NCBI RefSeq assembly: GCF_009914755.1 | Contig: NC_060929.1 | Length of the DNA: 64,000 bases | From: the human T2T-CHM13v2.0 reference genome, Homo sapiens | Strand: one strand, 5' to 3' | In this document: positions 15,931 through 30,220 of the stretch, in pieces | Position numbering within the stretch: position 1 is the first letter of the stretch | Layout of the letters: every line of letters starts with the position of its first letter | The notes under the pieces: model-generated | The model's input: the letters and a program-made list of their open reading frames with translations, nothing else | Database searches by the model: none | Told to the model about the DNA's origin: nothing | Position numbers and translations under genes: made by a program

Positions 15931-16349
15931 TGCTCTTATGTCTGATAGCATCTCTTACGTTGGTGTCAAAATCCCAGTTGTATGTGATAGTTGTGGAGGG
16001 GGGCTGTGGTTACTGTTTCTACAAGTGGGAGTTTGTACGACTTGTTTACATGCATTAACCCATGTAATTCTCACAGACTTCCAATAACGAAGTTGTGGCA
16101 GATCATCCTATTTTTAACTTGACTAAACTGTGAATTAACTTCTCCAGATTCTACCTCCCTGTATATTTCTGGGTTGGAAAAAAAACAAACAAACAAAGAA
16201 CAGAACCTTTCACAAGATGTGGGATGGAGAAGTGTGGAATTGGCCACCACTCTTTGAAGGTTGCTGTGGTTAGAGGTGATGACAGACACAGAGACACTCA
16301 GAAATTTCCAGCTTGTCCTCCTGCTCCCCCATACATCGTCCAGGTCTCC

Positions 16350-16648
<299 letters not shown>

Positions 16649-17009
16649 ATCCAGGTCTCCTTCTGAACTGTGGGCTTTTCTCTCTAACTATGTGTCATGG
16701 TTCGTTCACCACAGGTGATATAGACCCACAGAGGAAACATGTTCACATTCCCTCTGTTAGTGTCTTCCTCTTTGTATTTCCTCTTCAACTCCTTAATATG
16801 TGTTTGGCTTCTCACTTTGATAGAGTGGTGACTCAATTAAATCTCTCCTGTTCCCTGTCTTATATTCATGTCTCCCTCTCATTTCACAATTTTACAAGGT
16901 CTAATTCCCACAATAAATTATCTTTTCCACGATTCATTGCAGTTTTATATCCATCATTCAATCTTGGCTAATACTATGCATTTAATTTATCCCTAATTTT
17001 GAAATGAGT

Positions 17010-17125
17010 ATAATAAGAAATGGAAATAATTAGTAAGTGCCTTAGTGTTAAAAAGCTAATTAATAGTTGATCTAGGATTTAAACCCAGGAAATTATTTTC
17101 CAAAATTCATGATTCTATGCATCTT
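17010..17125 (-). mobile_element. MIR remnant
   Basis: aagctaattaatagttgatctaggatttaaacccagga resembles the MIR core. Confidence 0.45.
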
Positions 17126-17377
17126 TCCTTATTGTCTCTTTAAATCTCTGCACTTATCAGTGGCAATTAAATATCTACCATTTAGTTTTTTAATTTAAAA
17201 GTTTTAAAAATTTATAGTTGACACATGATTACTGTACATATTTGTGGGATACAGTGTGATGTTTCAATGCATATATACAATGTGTAATGATTAAATCAGG
17301 GTGATTATTATATTCATTGCCTTAAGCATTTGTCATTTCTTTGTGGTGATAACATTCAAAATCCTCTCTTCTGACTA

Positions 17378-17760
<383 letters not shown>

Positions 17761-17875
17761 CTAACCATAACTTTTTAGTCCTTGTCCAACCACTCTTCAT
17801 CCATCCTCCCTTGTACTGACCCAGCTTCTGGTAACCACTATTCTATTCTCATTTCTGTGAGATCAACTTTTTAAA

Positions 17876-17877
<2 letters not shown>

Positions 17878-17923
<46 letters not shown>
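17878..17923. repeat. (CA)n microsatellite
   Basis: Directly visible. Confidence 0.95.
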
Positions 17924-17925
<2 letters not shown>

Positions 17926-18168
17926 CCCATATTTTCTGTACCCATTCATCTGTAGAAAGGCATTTAGTTTGATTCCATGGTTTGGCCATGTGAATAATGC
18001 TGCATAATCATTGGAGTGCAGATATCTCTCTGATATACTGGTTTCATTTCTTTTGGATATATACCTAGTACTAGGATTGCTGAATCAAATGGTAGTTCTA
18101 TTTTTAATTTTTTGAGGAACCCTCTGTACTGTTTTCCATAATGACTCTATTAATTTAAGCTATGTGTC

Positions 18169-18466
18169 TGTAATCCCAGAACTTTGGGAGTCCAAGGCAG
18201 GTGGATCACCTGATATCAGAAGGTCAAGACCAGGCTGGCCAACATGGCGAAACCCTGTTCCTACTAAAAATACACAAAATTAACCTGCTGTGGTGGCACG
18301 TGCCTGTAGTCCAAGCAACTTGGGAGGCTGAGACAGGAGAATCTATTGAACCCAGGAGGTTGAGGTTGGAGTGAGCAAAGCTAGTGCCACTGCACTCCAG
18401 CCTGGGTTGACAGAGCAAGACTCCATCTCAAAAAATAAAAATAATAATAAATAAAAACTTAAAAAA
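18169..18466 (+). mobile_element. 5'-truncated AluS
   Basis: Starts at tgtaatcccag; TSD taatttaaRctatgtRtctg (18151-18170, 18467-18486). Confidence 0.92.
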
Positions 18467-20519
18467 TAATTTAAACTATGTATCTGACAACTTCTTAATA
18501 TCCAGAATATATAAGGAATTTAACTCAGTAGCAAAACACACAAATAATCTTATTAAAAATGGGCAAAAGACCTGAATAGACATTTCTCAAAAGAAGACAT
18601 ACAAATAGTCAACAGATGTATATTTTTAAAATGCTCAGTCAACATTGCTAAGTATCAGGCAAATGAAAATTAAAGCTGGGATGGGATATCACCTTACCCC
18701 AGTTAGAATGGCTATTATCAAAAAGTAAAAAAAAAAAGAAAAAAAGAAAAAAAGAAAAAAAAATGCTGTCAAGGATGCAGAGAGAGGGGAGGTCCTCTCA
18801 TATACCAGGTTGTGGGAAAATAAACATATTTTATTTTCAAACAGAGAATTTTTATGACTGTGTAAGTGCTGAAAAATTTGGGGAATTGTATTTATTTGCT
18901 AGAACTGTTTGCTAAACCTTACGTTTATGTAATAACTGCAGAATATTAAACTTAAATTCAAGAATAGGGTTTTTTGGTCCTTTTTGTCAAGTATGATACA
19001 TATAAAAATAATATTTTTGTGAATTAAAAATTCAAGAAATGGTATATCTGAACAAGCTGTCTGAATAGGAAATAGTTATAAGTATTGACTTAAGCATCCA
19101 ATGTTTTCAATTTTAATTTAAATTTCTATGGCCTTAGATTTTCTTACATTTTTTCTCTCATAATTATTCTATAAGATTTTGTTTCTACCAAAATTTACTT
19201 GTAAAGAGCTGCATTCATTATGTATTGTTTATGGAAAAGTAAAGACACTAGTGAATAAATGTTGGTATCAAATAATATACAGTATTTTGTATACTTACAT
19301 TCATCATTAATAAACTTCAAATGGATAATATATACTTACATTTAAATAGTAAAAATCTCTTTTATTAATATATAATTTTATACCTGAACACAAAATGATT
19401 TTAACAAAGAAGAATATATTTTAATATTTTATTTACTTATTCAAGACACATGCAATCCCTTTTATATTCCAGGCACTAAAATGTTATGAGTAAAGCTTTT
19501 CAGTAGTGGTGATTGTATTATTAAATGCCCTACTATACATTGTACTATATATAATTCTATTAATTGGGAAGTTAATAGTTGTAGATTATATTTACATAGC
19601 TTTGATTGAATTTGTGAATATTATTATATTGGATTAAAATATTTAGTCAATTTCCAGTCCTATAATCAGCACAGTGCCTAGTTCAAATGACAGAATATTG
19701 GTAAAACTATACTAGCACTCTTACTTTTGTTTGTTTAAAAACAAGCCCACATTTTAATGTTTATATGAATAGAATAAACTTTTGTTTTTATATGAAAAAG
19801 ACTATATAGCTGTTTGATATCCGGACTTAATTTTCAGGTAGCAGTGATTTAGTTTTAAAAAGGGTATAAATAATACACTGAATACATATTACAGGGACAT
19901 TTAATGAGATGTCAGAATACTTGGTTATTTGTCTTGGATTTACAAATCAATTTCTAAATAATTTTGAACTCTTCTCTCATTTATAAAATATTAAAGAAGA
20001 GAATGGAGTTATCTCCCCCAACTAGACAACCATATGAGCTCCAATCTAAGAACTTGACATTTTGAAATATATTCAATGTATTTCGCCTTCCTTGTTTGGT
20101 CATTTTTACTATAAAAAAAATTATACCAGTACAGTAGGTCATTAAGATGAATCTCATTGCTCCAAAGAATATAAATACTGTCATGATTAAAATGACATTA
20201 CACAATTTAACCTTTGTTGTACAGCCTTTTAAGAAACTCACAAAAAAATAATAGCATTAGAGTAAAAGAGGTTTGACTACTAAGGTTAAAGAAAATTAAT
20301 TTTGTTTTGAATTTAAGTTTTTTTAGGAGATCTCTGGCTCTAGGGAGGGTGAGAATATGTTATAAGAGTAATTTTTAAGATTTTTATTGCCTTAAACTTT
20401 CTTAGTATGTTATGGGTAGGAGGTGGGATATTTGAAGACACTAGAAGATACATAGAGAGTTTTAAGTGGAGCTTCATATAAGAATAATGTTTTATCTTTT
20501 TATTAATTCCAAAAGGGCT

Positions 20520-20822
20520 TTTGTGAGGAAAAAATCAAATACATTTAGATATATACATATATGTGGTGACTGTTCTAAATTGTTAAAATGGTTTATGACC
20601 AAGGTTTGGTTTGTCAAACCCATAATCCTGGGAAGAGAATAAAGACAATAAAAATTTCTGGTATGTATCTGCTATTTGATGGACCACTTAAACACTTATA
20701 GGAGGATTTGATTCAATTGTCATTTGCAATACATGTTTTCTGGATGTGTGAAAGTTTTCCTATGCAAGAAGGCTGATGTAATAATAGTAGCTAAAGTATT
20801 ATTAGAAAATGTGTTTTCCTCA
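20520..20822 (+). mobile_element. ERV (class I-like) integrase relic
   Basis: Piecewise translation: CGDCSK..VKMVYDQGLVCQTHNPGK (decayed zinc-finger CxxC), DGPLKHL*EDLIQL (first catalytic-Asp region), YMFSGCVKVFLCKKADVIIVAKVLLENVF (FSGWVEAFP-like motif). Confidence 0.8.
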
Positions 20823-21090
20823 TGAGATATTTATTGCAGCACAAGTCACAATTGCAAAGAGCTAAGCCATGAGTATGCAGGGTCATACAGGATGGTATAA
20901 TGAAACTAGAGACTCAGAAGCGAGGAGGTTGGGAAAGGGATGAAGGAGGAAAAATTACCTATTAGGTACAATGTGTGTTATTCGGGTGATGGGTACACTA
21001 AAAATATAGACTTAACCACCGTACAATTCATCCATGTTAATCAAAACCCACTTTTACCCTAAAGCTGTTGACATTTGTAAAAAGTAAATA
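20823..21090 (+). mobile_element. L1PB4-like 3' end with internal deletion
   Basis: tttattgcagcacaagtcacaattgcaaa fused to gagctaagc; aaattacctattaggtacaatg, gggtacactaaaa..gacttaaccacc. Confidence 0.85.
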
Positions 21091-22507
21091 CTTTTTTTAA
21101 GTAAATAGGATACAGGATAAGATATAGGTGAAGTTTCTCAAGAAAGTTTTATAATAGATATATTCAGGACCCCAGAGAAGGAGTCAGTAGGTAGACAGAG
21201 AGATATGAAGGGTTTATCAGTAGAGATTTACCTAGAATTCTTAGCAGTGTACTGGAGCTTAGAGCATGAGCCTTGCTCCCTGATGGATGAGATGTAATCC
21301 AAGAAGGCTCCCTCTGTTTTAGAAAAGTTTCATATTTCTCAATGTCCTGAAGAACCCAGGGCCTACCAGGTGGATTAGCAATGGCTGAGGTGGCACTTAT
21401 AGGAATGGGCCTATAGATTTCTATTGCCTCATCATTTCCGGGAAAACAATGGCTATTTCTCTGGAGCCAGGAGAACATAGAAAAATCCAGATTTGGTCTT
21501 CTCATTTTCAAACAAGAGAGATCTGAAAACTCACAAACCCAAGGACAACATTGAGATTTTCTTCTAAATGGAATGTTTTCCTCTGTTTCCAGATGCCTTT
21601 CCACCTGAAAGGAAAAAGAAACGTGTGTTTGTTTGTGTATGTGTAGTTTTGCGTGTGTTTACTTTTTTAAGTTTCCTGGTTAGCTTTGAATACTGCATAT
21701 TTTAAATATAGAATATTTCAAACTATTCTATAGCATTTTTATTTTTAAAAATTCTGTGTAAGAAAATATATCAAATGTGTTTTGGGCTACTTTCCAAGTT
21801 TTCCAAATTATTCTTTACCTCACTACTGATTTACACATTAATTTAATAATATTTTAAAAATCAATAAACAAAGCATTCTGTGTCCAAAAATATGTCTTTA
21901 ATGTGATAAAAAATAAATGTGAAATAATATTTTATTGATATTAATTAAACTTCTTCTGGAGAAGCTAAACTCCATTAAATGATTTTAAACTGTTATTTTA
22001 TACTCTAAAAATCTTTGTTTTATTGTGCTATGTTCTTAGAAAAACCTGGTGGTATGGACTTCCAGCTCAATAATTCACTGTAAAGGTATGTTTAATCAGC
22101 TGGTCAGCTCTTCAGTCATTTTTTAAAAATTTTTCAAAATCATGTATTTTCATTCTAAAACTACTGATGGTTCTTTTAAAATAACTGATTCATAGTTCAT
22201 CATCACAATCTTCATCAGCATAACCACCATTAATGTCACTGTTACCATTGTTTTTGTTATTCCTCTGAAGTTCTTCCCAATCTTCTTAAGACTTTTTGTT
22301 TGCATTGTGAATACTAGTTCGCATGTTACTCATTCTTATTATTTTTAAGACAATAAATTAACTGATAATATTAATTATGCAGTTTTAATTATTTATCTAT
22401 GGATAAATGCCCTTCATATCAAATTCTAGTAGTACCCAGGCTCTGAAACTATTTTGGTAGTATAAAAATAAAATCATATCTACTTTTTGTGTGTGACTCT
22501 TGGTAAT

Positions 22508-22868
22508 TATATAAGTCCACTCAGGCTTCCATAACAGGATGCCAGACTGAGTGAGTTAACAGAAATTTGTTTTCTTACAATTCTGCATACTAGAAGTTCA
22601 AGGTCAAGGTGACAGCAGGATCAGTTTCCTGTGAAGACTCTCTTCCTGGCTTACAGATAGCTGCTTTCTCTCTGTGCCCTCCAGGCAGAAAGAGTGAGGA
22701 AGCTCTCTTCTGTCTCTTAGGAAGTCAATAATCCCATCATCAGGGTCCCACTATCATGACCTTATGTAAACCTAATTATCTCTCAAACACTCTATCTCTA
22801 AATGCCATAACATTTGGGACTAGGATATCTCCATATGAATTTGGGAGGATTCAATTTAGTCCAAAGCA
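22508..22868 (-). mobile_element. MLT1A-like solo LTR
   Basis: aacagaaatttgttttcttacaattctg..aagttcaaggtcaaggtg..catatgaatttggg..tagtccaaagca. Confidence 0.8.
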
Positions 22869-23756
22869 GTAGAGTTTCTATTATTTTAGGTTCACATTTC
22901 ATACACTTCCTTTTTATTTATTTACTTATTTTGCCTCAGAGAATCTTCCTTCTCTCTCTAGAAATATATCTGTATGAATGAATGAGGGTATTTCTCCACC
23001 TACTGAAGAGTAAAATGTTACAAGGAGAACACATTTTTTGTGTATTTTGCATTGTCACTTTGCAGCTTCTTCTTTACTCTTTCAATGGGAGGATGATATG
23101 TTGCCTTATATATATATATATAAATGCTAGATACATGATTTGGTTATTCTGTATAAAAACTGAATCGCTTCTATCCATACGCAGATATTTCTCCAATAAT
23201 AAAAATTTAACTGACTCAAAAAAAGTTTTAGCATCAAAGAGTCAATAATGTTAATTAAAAGCAGTTTATTTTAGTAATTTACAGGTATCTTCTCCAAGCT
23301 GTCTTTTTCTAAGAAAATAGTTAAAAGTATACTTCATTTGAAGAAAGGAATTACTTTCTTCTTTATAAATATCTTGACAATTACATAATTTATAAGTAGA
23401 TATTGACTTTTCAAAATGAATATCAAAAATTATTGACTACAGTGTATATCTTTATCTAGGCATCTTGAGAAATAATTAACCCTGATACTCATAGAAAATT
23501 AAAATCAATAAATGCACGATTGTGTATTGCTAGGAACTCTAAGCATTAAAATGCAAGAAGCATTAATACTGCCATTTTATAAATTGCCTTGATGTTTCAA
23601 GGCTTTGCTTTGAGTCTTTGATTGTAAAGAGTAGCACCACTTAAAGTTATTTGGCCTATGTATGCATTATGCAATCTCTCATATTACAGTCATAATAAAC
23701 AGTAGTAGGCAATGGGACAAACCAAAGCCCAATCTTCACTTAACTGAAAAGTATCA

Positions 23757-26068
23757 TGATATGATTGGATTGTGTCCCCACCCAAATCTCATCTTGAATT
23801 GTAGCTCTCACAATTCCCATGTGTCATGGGATGGACCCAGCAGGAGGTAATTGAATCATGGGGGTGGGTCTTTCCTGTGCTGTTCTCATGATGGTGAATA
23901 ATCCTCATGAGATCTGATGGTTTTAAAAAGGGGTGTTCTCTGCACAAACTCTCTCTCGCCTGCTGCCATGTAAGACATGTCTTGCTTCCCCTTCACCTTC
24001 CGCCATGTTTGTGAGGCCTCACCAGCCATGTGGAACTGTGAATTAATTAAACCTCTTTACTTTATAAATTACCCAGCCTTGGGTATGTCTTTATTAGCAG
24101 CGTGAAAATGAACTAATACAGTAAACTGGTACCAGTTGGGTGGGGTGCTGCTGTAAAGATACTGGAAAATGTGGAAGTGACTTTGGAACTGGGTAACAAG
24201 CAGAGGATGGAGCAGTTTGTAGGGCTCAGAAGAAGAAAGGAAAATGTGGGAAAGTTTGGAACTTCCTAAAGACTTGTTGACTGGCTTTGACCAAAATGCT
24301 GATAATGATATGGAAAATGAAATCCAGGCTGAGGTGGTCTCAGACGAAGATGAGGAACTTGTTGGGTACTGGAAAAAAAAGTGACTCTTGCTGTATTTTA
24401 GCAAACAGACTAGAGGCATTTTGCCCTTGCCCTAGAGATTTGTGGAACTGGAACTTTGAACTTGAGAGAGACGATGTAGGGTATTTGGCTGAATAAATTT
24501 TTAAACAGGAAAGCATTCAAGATGTGACTTAGGTTCTATTAACAGCATTGCGTTTTAAAAAAGGAAACAGAGCATAAATGTTTGGAAAATTGGCAGCCTG
24601 GTGATGCAATAGAAAAGAAGAGCCCGTTTTCTGAGGAGAAATTCAAGCCAGCTATAAGAATTTGCATAAGTAATGAGGAACCAAATGTTAATCACCAAGA
24701 AAATGGGGAAAATATCCCCAGGGCTTGTCAGAGATCTTTGCTGCAGCCCATCCCATCATAGGACCTGAGACCTAGAATACAAAAATTGTTTTGTGGGCGG
24801 GGCCCTGGGACCCCCTGCTGTGTGCAGCCTAGGAACTTGCCCTGCATCCCAGCCACTCTAGTCATGGCTAAAAGGGGCCAACATTCAGCTTAGGCTGTTA
24901 TTTCAGAGGGTGCAAGCCCCAAGCCTTGGCAGCTTCTATGTCGTGTTGAGTCTGCTGGTGCACAGTAGTCAAGAACTGGGGTTTGGGAACTTCCTCCTAG
25001 ATTTCAGAGGATGTATGGAAACACCTGGATCTCCAGGCAGAAATTTGCTGCAGGGGCAGGGCCCTCATGGAGAGCTTCTATTAGGGCAGTGCAGGAGGGA
25101 AATATGGGATTGAAGCCCCCACAAAGGGTCCCCATTGGGGCACTGCCTAGTGGAGGTGTGACAAGAAAGCCATCATCCTCCAGAACCCAGAATAGAAGAT
25201 CCACCAACAGCTTGCACCATGTACCTGAAAATGCTGCAGACACTCAATGCCAGCCCATGAAGGGAACCAGAAAGGAGGCTGTACCCTGCAAAGTCACAAA
25301 GGCAAAGCTACCCAAGACCATGGGAACCCACCTCTTGCATGAGCATGACCTGGATGTGAGACATGGAGTCAAAGGAGGTCAATTTGGAGCTTTAAGATTT
25401 GACTGCCCCGCTGGATTTTGGACTTGCATGGGGCCTATAGCCCCTTTGTTTTCATCAATTTCTCCTATTTGGAATGGCTGTATTTATCCAATGTCTGTAA
25501 CCCCATTGTATCTAGGAAGTAACTAACTTGCTTTTGATTTCATGGGCTCATAGGTGGAAGGTACTTGCCCAGTCTCGAATGAGACTTTGGACTGTGAACT
25601 TTTGAGTTAATACTGAAATTAGTTAAGACTTTTGGGGACTGTTGGGAAGGCATGATTTGTTTTGAAATGTGAGGACATGAGATTTGGGAGGAACTGGGGT
25701 GGAATGATATGTTTTGGCTGTGTCCCCATCCAAATCTCATCTTGAATTGTAGCTCCCACAGTTCACATGTGTCATGGGAGGGATCTGGTGGGAGGTAATT
25801 TAATCGTGCAGCTGGGTCTTTCCCGTGCTGTTCTCATGATAGTGAATAAGTCTCACGAGATCTGATGGTTTTATAAGGGGAGTTCCCCTGCGCAAGCTCT
25901 CCTTTGCCTGCTGCCACATAAGATGTGTCTTACTTCCCTTTCACCTTCCACAATGATCTTGAGGCCTCCCCAGCCATTCAGAACTGTTGATCAATTAAAC
26001 CTCTTTTCTTTCTAAATTAGCCAGTCTCAGGTATGTCTTTATTAGCAGCATGAGAGTGAACTAATACA
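23757..26068 (+). mobile_element. Full-length THE1B/C element (LTR 23757-24120, internal 24121-25704, LTR 25705-26068)
   Basis: Two 364-bp TG...CA LTRs, internal start gtaaactggtacc, purine-rich tract ggggtggaa before the 3' LTR, 5-bp TSD TATCA on both sides. Confidence 0.96.
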
Positions 26069-26108
26069 TATCATTTAATAACAAACAAATTACAATTGTC
26101 ATGCACAT

Positions 26109-26548
26109 TGTCTTAGTCCATTCAGGCTGCTCTAACAAGATACCATAAACTGGGTAGCTTATAAACAACAACAAAATATTTCTCACAATTCTGCAGCCTG
26201 GAAAGTCTAGATCATATGCTTCAGATGTGGCATTTGGTGAGGACACGCTTTCTGCTTCATAGTTCTTCCTGTGTCCTCACATAGTGAAAAAAAGCTACTT
26301 CCCACAATTCCCATGTGTTGTGGGGGGTACCTGGTGGGAGGTAATTGAATCATGGGGCTGGGTCTTTCCCGTGCTTTTCTTGTGATAGTGAATAAGTCTC
26401 ATGAGATCTGATGCGGTATCTTTTATAAGAGTACTAATTCCAATCATGAGGGCTGTCTTACCAAAGGCCCCACGTCCAGCTACCATCACCTTAGGGGTTA
26501 GGATTCAACATAGAGATTTTGGAAGGACACAAACATTCATACTCAGAA
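26109..26548 (-). mobile_element. MLT1A/MSTD-like LTR carrying an embedded THE1 LTR fragment (26298-26413, + orientation)
   Basis: tgtcttagtccattcaggctgctctaacaagatacc...ggacacaaacattca; the internal block matches THE1 LTR sequence. Confidence 0.85.
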
Positions 26549-26769
26549 TATACCCCTAATTTTCATTTTATTTGAGGCTGTTTTTTTAAAATAATGGCCT
26601 TCTTATTATATTGGTAACACATTTTCATGAAATATTTTACTACTTTGTATAATGATGTGAGGTGACCTGGACTCTGATACTTGTCTTTCTTCTGTGACCT
26701 TGAACATATAAACTCAACAATAACAAAAAATGATTAATTTATACCATCAAAAAACTGAAACTTATATTG

Positions 26770-28600
26770 CAGAAATACAAAGCAAAAGAAGAAACAGTCT
26801 TTGCATTCAAGGAGTTTACAATTCCCTTGGGGTAAACAAGAAAATAAGAAAAGCATAGAAGTTGTTATAACATAAGATAGACTGTGGCTCTGAAGAGATT
26901 TTTAAAAATTAGAGAACTAATATATGCCTTTGTAAAGATTTTTTAAAAATAAGAAACTAAAAGGAATGAATATTATAATAATGATGTAGTATTTGATGTG
27001 GACCTTGAAATTTGATTGAGGAAAAAGTCAAAAGATGAAAAAAGAGAGTGGAATTGGACAGCTCTGTAGTCGGCATAAAATATATGGGAAAATGTGGAAA
27101 AGTAAGAAACATGTTCAGAAAAATAAATAATCTCTATTATTCAGTGAGCAAATGTAGAGGAATAATAGTATACAAAGGAAGAAAAGCAGTTTAGCATCAT
27201 ATTGTAAAATAATTTAATTGCTAGAGGTTAACTAATTAAGCCAATAATTTATTATAAACTAGAATTCCAGATACCATATCAAATACTAGTAACACATACT
27301 TCACATTACAAGAAACACCATCTTTGGGGAATATATAATCTAGAAAGAAGGTAGAAATGCATGATATAATCCCACAAATATAGCTAAAACTACAGTTAGA
27401 TGATTCTCCGAAGGCACAGTGCTAGAGAACGTGTAATAGGAATTCTAACTTCATCAGTAGGATCAAAGAACTTCCTAAAGAAAAAAGATTTGAGATGGAT
27501 AGAAGTGAGAGTAGGACACAAGAGTATTAGAATTAGGTGAAAGTGTTGTCCTGTTGCACGGGAGACAGGGAAAATAAGCCAGTCTCAGATATTATAGGAG
27601 CTTTTAACTTTGTTTTTTATTCTAAATGTAATGAGGTATTACTTAAATGAATAATAGGAGAAAATGTATTATTATCAGAGGTTCATTTTAATTATAAAGC
27701 ACTCACTCTTCAGTAAAGAGTTGGTTTGGACAAGAGAATTGGAGGTCAGCAAATTAAAATGCTTTACCACTAGACTAGTTGAGAACTAATGGTTGCTTCA
27801 AATAAGTGCTTTGGAGATAGATAGCTATGTAGTAATTTAAGAAGTACTTAAAATTAAAAATTGAAAGTACATATTGGATAACTAGAAATTAGAGAGACAG
27901 AGTATTCCAGGGTTCCTTTGTTCCCTAGTTGTGATATTTGGGGGCATGATGGTTCTTTTCATTGTGATAGGGAATCTGGACAAGACCAGAAAATAAAATC
28001 CTTTAAGGCAAGAGGACCATAAACTCAGCTTAATGTACCTCTGATGTTCCTTTGAAATAGACATTCAAGAAATATGTGGATTTTCAAAGTTAAAACAGTA
28101 AGCCTGGACTGAATATATAGAAAGGTATGCACAATCTGTTCACCAATAGTCATGGGAGTTGGAGCAGTCAATGAGCTTTGCTAGGAAGCAATACAAAAGA
28201 AAAGGGATCACCAAAATTTTGACTACGTAGTATAGATAAGGTCAAGAGGAATTCAAGAAAGAATAAATCGGAAAGTTAAGAGAAAGCCAAGAGTGTGATG
28301 TCACACAAACGTTTCAAGGAAGAGTCAACAAGGTCAATAAATGCTGAGACGTCAAGTAAGAGGATATTGACCACTGGCTTTTGAGATGGAGAAATCAATG
28401 AAGATCTTAGAAGTGCTATTTAAGAGAAGTGATAGGATACAAAACAGATTGTCCGGGGTTAAGGAGAGAGAGATAGGTGAGGAAATGAAGCCAGCATTTT
28501 TAGGAAACTATTCTGAGATGTGGTTTGAATAGGTAGGAGACAGGACTACAATTGCAGAAACATGTAATTGCAATGGAGGATTTTTAAAATTAGAATTTTG
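26770..28600 (-). mobile_element. Decayed L2, antisense
   Basis: Purine-rich; cttgcattcaaggagtttacaatt, gagtgtgatgtcac, aaatgctgagacgtcaagtaagag motifs. Confidence 0.6.
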
Positions 28601-28954
28601 AATATATTCAATGGAAAAATACAGTTAAAAAGAAGTGAGATTATTTTCAGATGGTGACATAACATAAGCTATTTTTTGACAAAAAAAGACAAACTAGAAA
28701 ATTTCATTTTGTAAATTAATACAGCAGTAGAAAAATGTGACGGGCTAAACCGTTAGTGAAAAAATCAAGAACAAATGCACAGGCTGATGCAATCATGTAT
28801 ATGTGATAATTTTGGAATGCATGTGCATTGATGGCAGAGAGTGGAAACAGGAAAATAAGGAAACTGGTGTGATAATTTTTGGAAAAAAAGAGAATATATT
28901 GCAACTAGTAAATAATTTTACCTAAAAAATGGAGAGGCTTATGGTAAAGCAAAA

Positions 28955-29085
28955 GGTAATTACTTAATAGAGGAAATGTACATTATTTGAATGACAGTTA
29001 GTTACACTAAAAGTCCAGACTTCACCCCTACTCAATATATCCATGTAAAAAATGGCATTTGTGCCCCTTTTATTTATACAGAAAA
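28955..29085 (+). mobile_element. Short L1PB 3' end
   Basis: gttacactaaaagtccagacttcacccctactcaatatatccatgtaa. Confidence 0.8.
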
Positions 29086-29159
29086 GTACATAATCTTTAG
29101 TGTCTGAATGTAGATGAAGAAACAATCTACTGAGAGAATAGGTTATTTTTTTTCTTCAC

Positions 29160-30220
29160 AGATTTGGTCAGTAACTGCAGTTAGGATTTCATCCTCACCC
29201 TCACTTCAACAAACCCGTTCTTATGAAGCTCATCAATAATCTCCACATTATTGAATCCAATGATCAGGTCCTCAACTCCACTTTGCTTGACCTGTTAGCA
29301 GAGTTTGGTACAAGTGATCAGTCCCCTCTTGAAATCGTTTCTCTGTCTGTCTTTAGAAAGACACACACTCCTGATTTTGTCCAATATATTAAAAGCCTTT
29401 ACTGATTTCTTGACAAAAAGATGGTGAAGTCCAAGGCTCATTTCTTGATCATCTAAATTTTGCTGATTTCCTGTGTAATATTTGCTGTTAAAATGATTGA
29501 TGTAATTTCTATAGGCTAGCAAGCCCTACATTTTTATCTCAATTCTGAACTCCTAAAATAGATCTTTAACATGATTTAACTTCTCTACTTGGGTATCAAA
29601 TAGGATTCTTGGAATTAACATGACCCATACCTATTGTTTCATTGGAGTCATCTAATAAGAACCTGCTAATCTTACTTTCTCCCTTAAGCTAATGAGTTAT
29701 CCACCCTTCTTGTTCTTCAAGCCATGATCTGGAAATCCTTAGTTGCTCTTCCTTTTTCTATTACACATCACATCTATTTCATCAGCCTGTGTTCTTGTCT
29801 CTTCAGAATATATTGTATATTTGATCAATTCTCACTGTTGCTACACTACAAAATCCCCTTCTTATTTCTCCTACACTTGATCTTCTTCAGACAGGAAGGT
29901 CTTCATGCTTTTCTTGGTATATACTGAACATGCTCTGACCTTAGAACCTTTGCACCTGCCAATCTCTGTGCCTGGAATACTCTTCTCTGTTATATCTGTG
30001 TACCTTGATCTCTCTTCTTTAACTCTATACACAAATATCACATTTGAAGCAAAACTCTAACTAAATATTATTATAAAATGATTTATGCACCACTCCCACA
30101 TCTCCTGTAACTCTATCGTGCTTTTTAATTTTCCCCATGGTTGTGCACAATGCAATATGTGGTATATTAATATTTTTACTAGCTTATTATCTGTAATCTT
30201 TGGCTAGAACATTACTGTCC
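29160..30220 (+). mobile_element. L2 (RT region to 3' end)
   Basis: ORF 29223 LMKLINNLHIIESNDQVLNSTLLDLLAEFGTSDQSPLE corresponds to the CR1/L2 RT motif KVTNDL...LLDLSAAFDTVDH; downstream acctttgcacctgcc..gcctggaatactctt. Confidence 0.8.

Noticed and set aside
25011-25526. 171-aa ORF, the longest in the track
   Set aside because: Lies wholly in the THE1 internal region; a remnant of the decayed MaLR ORF.
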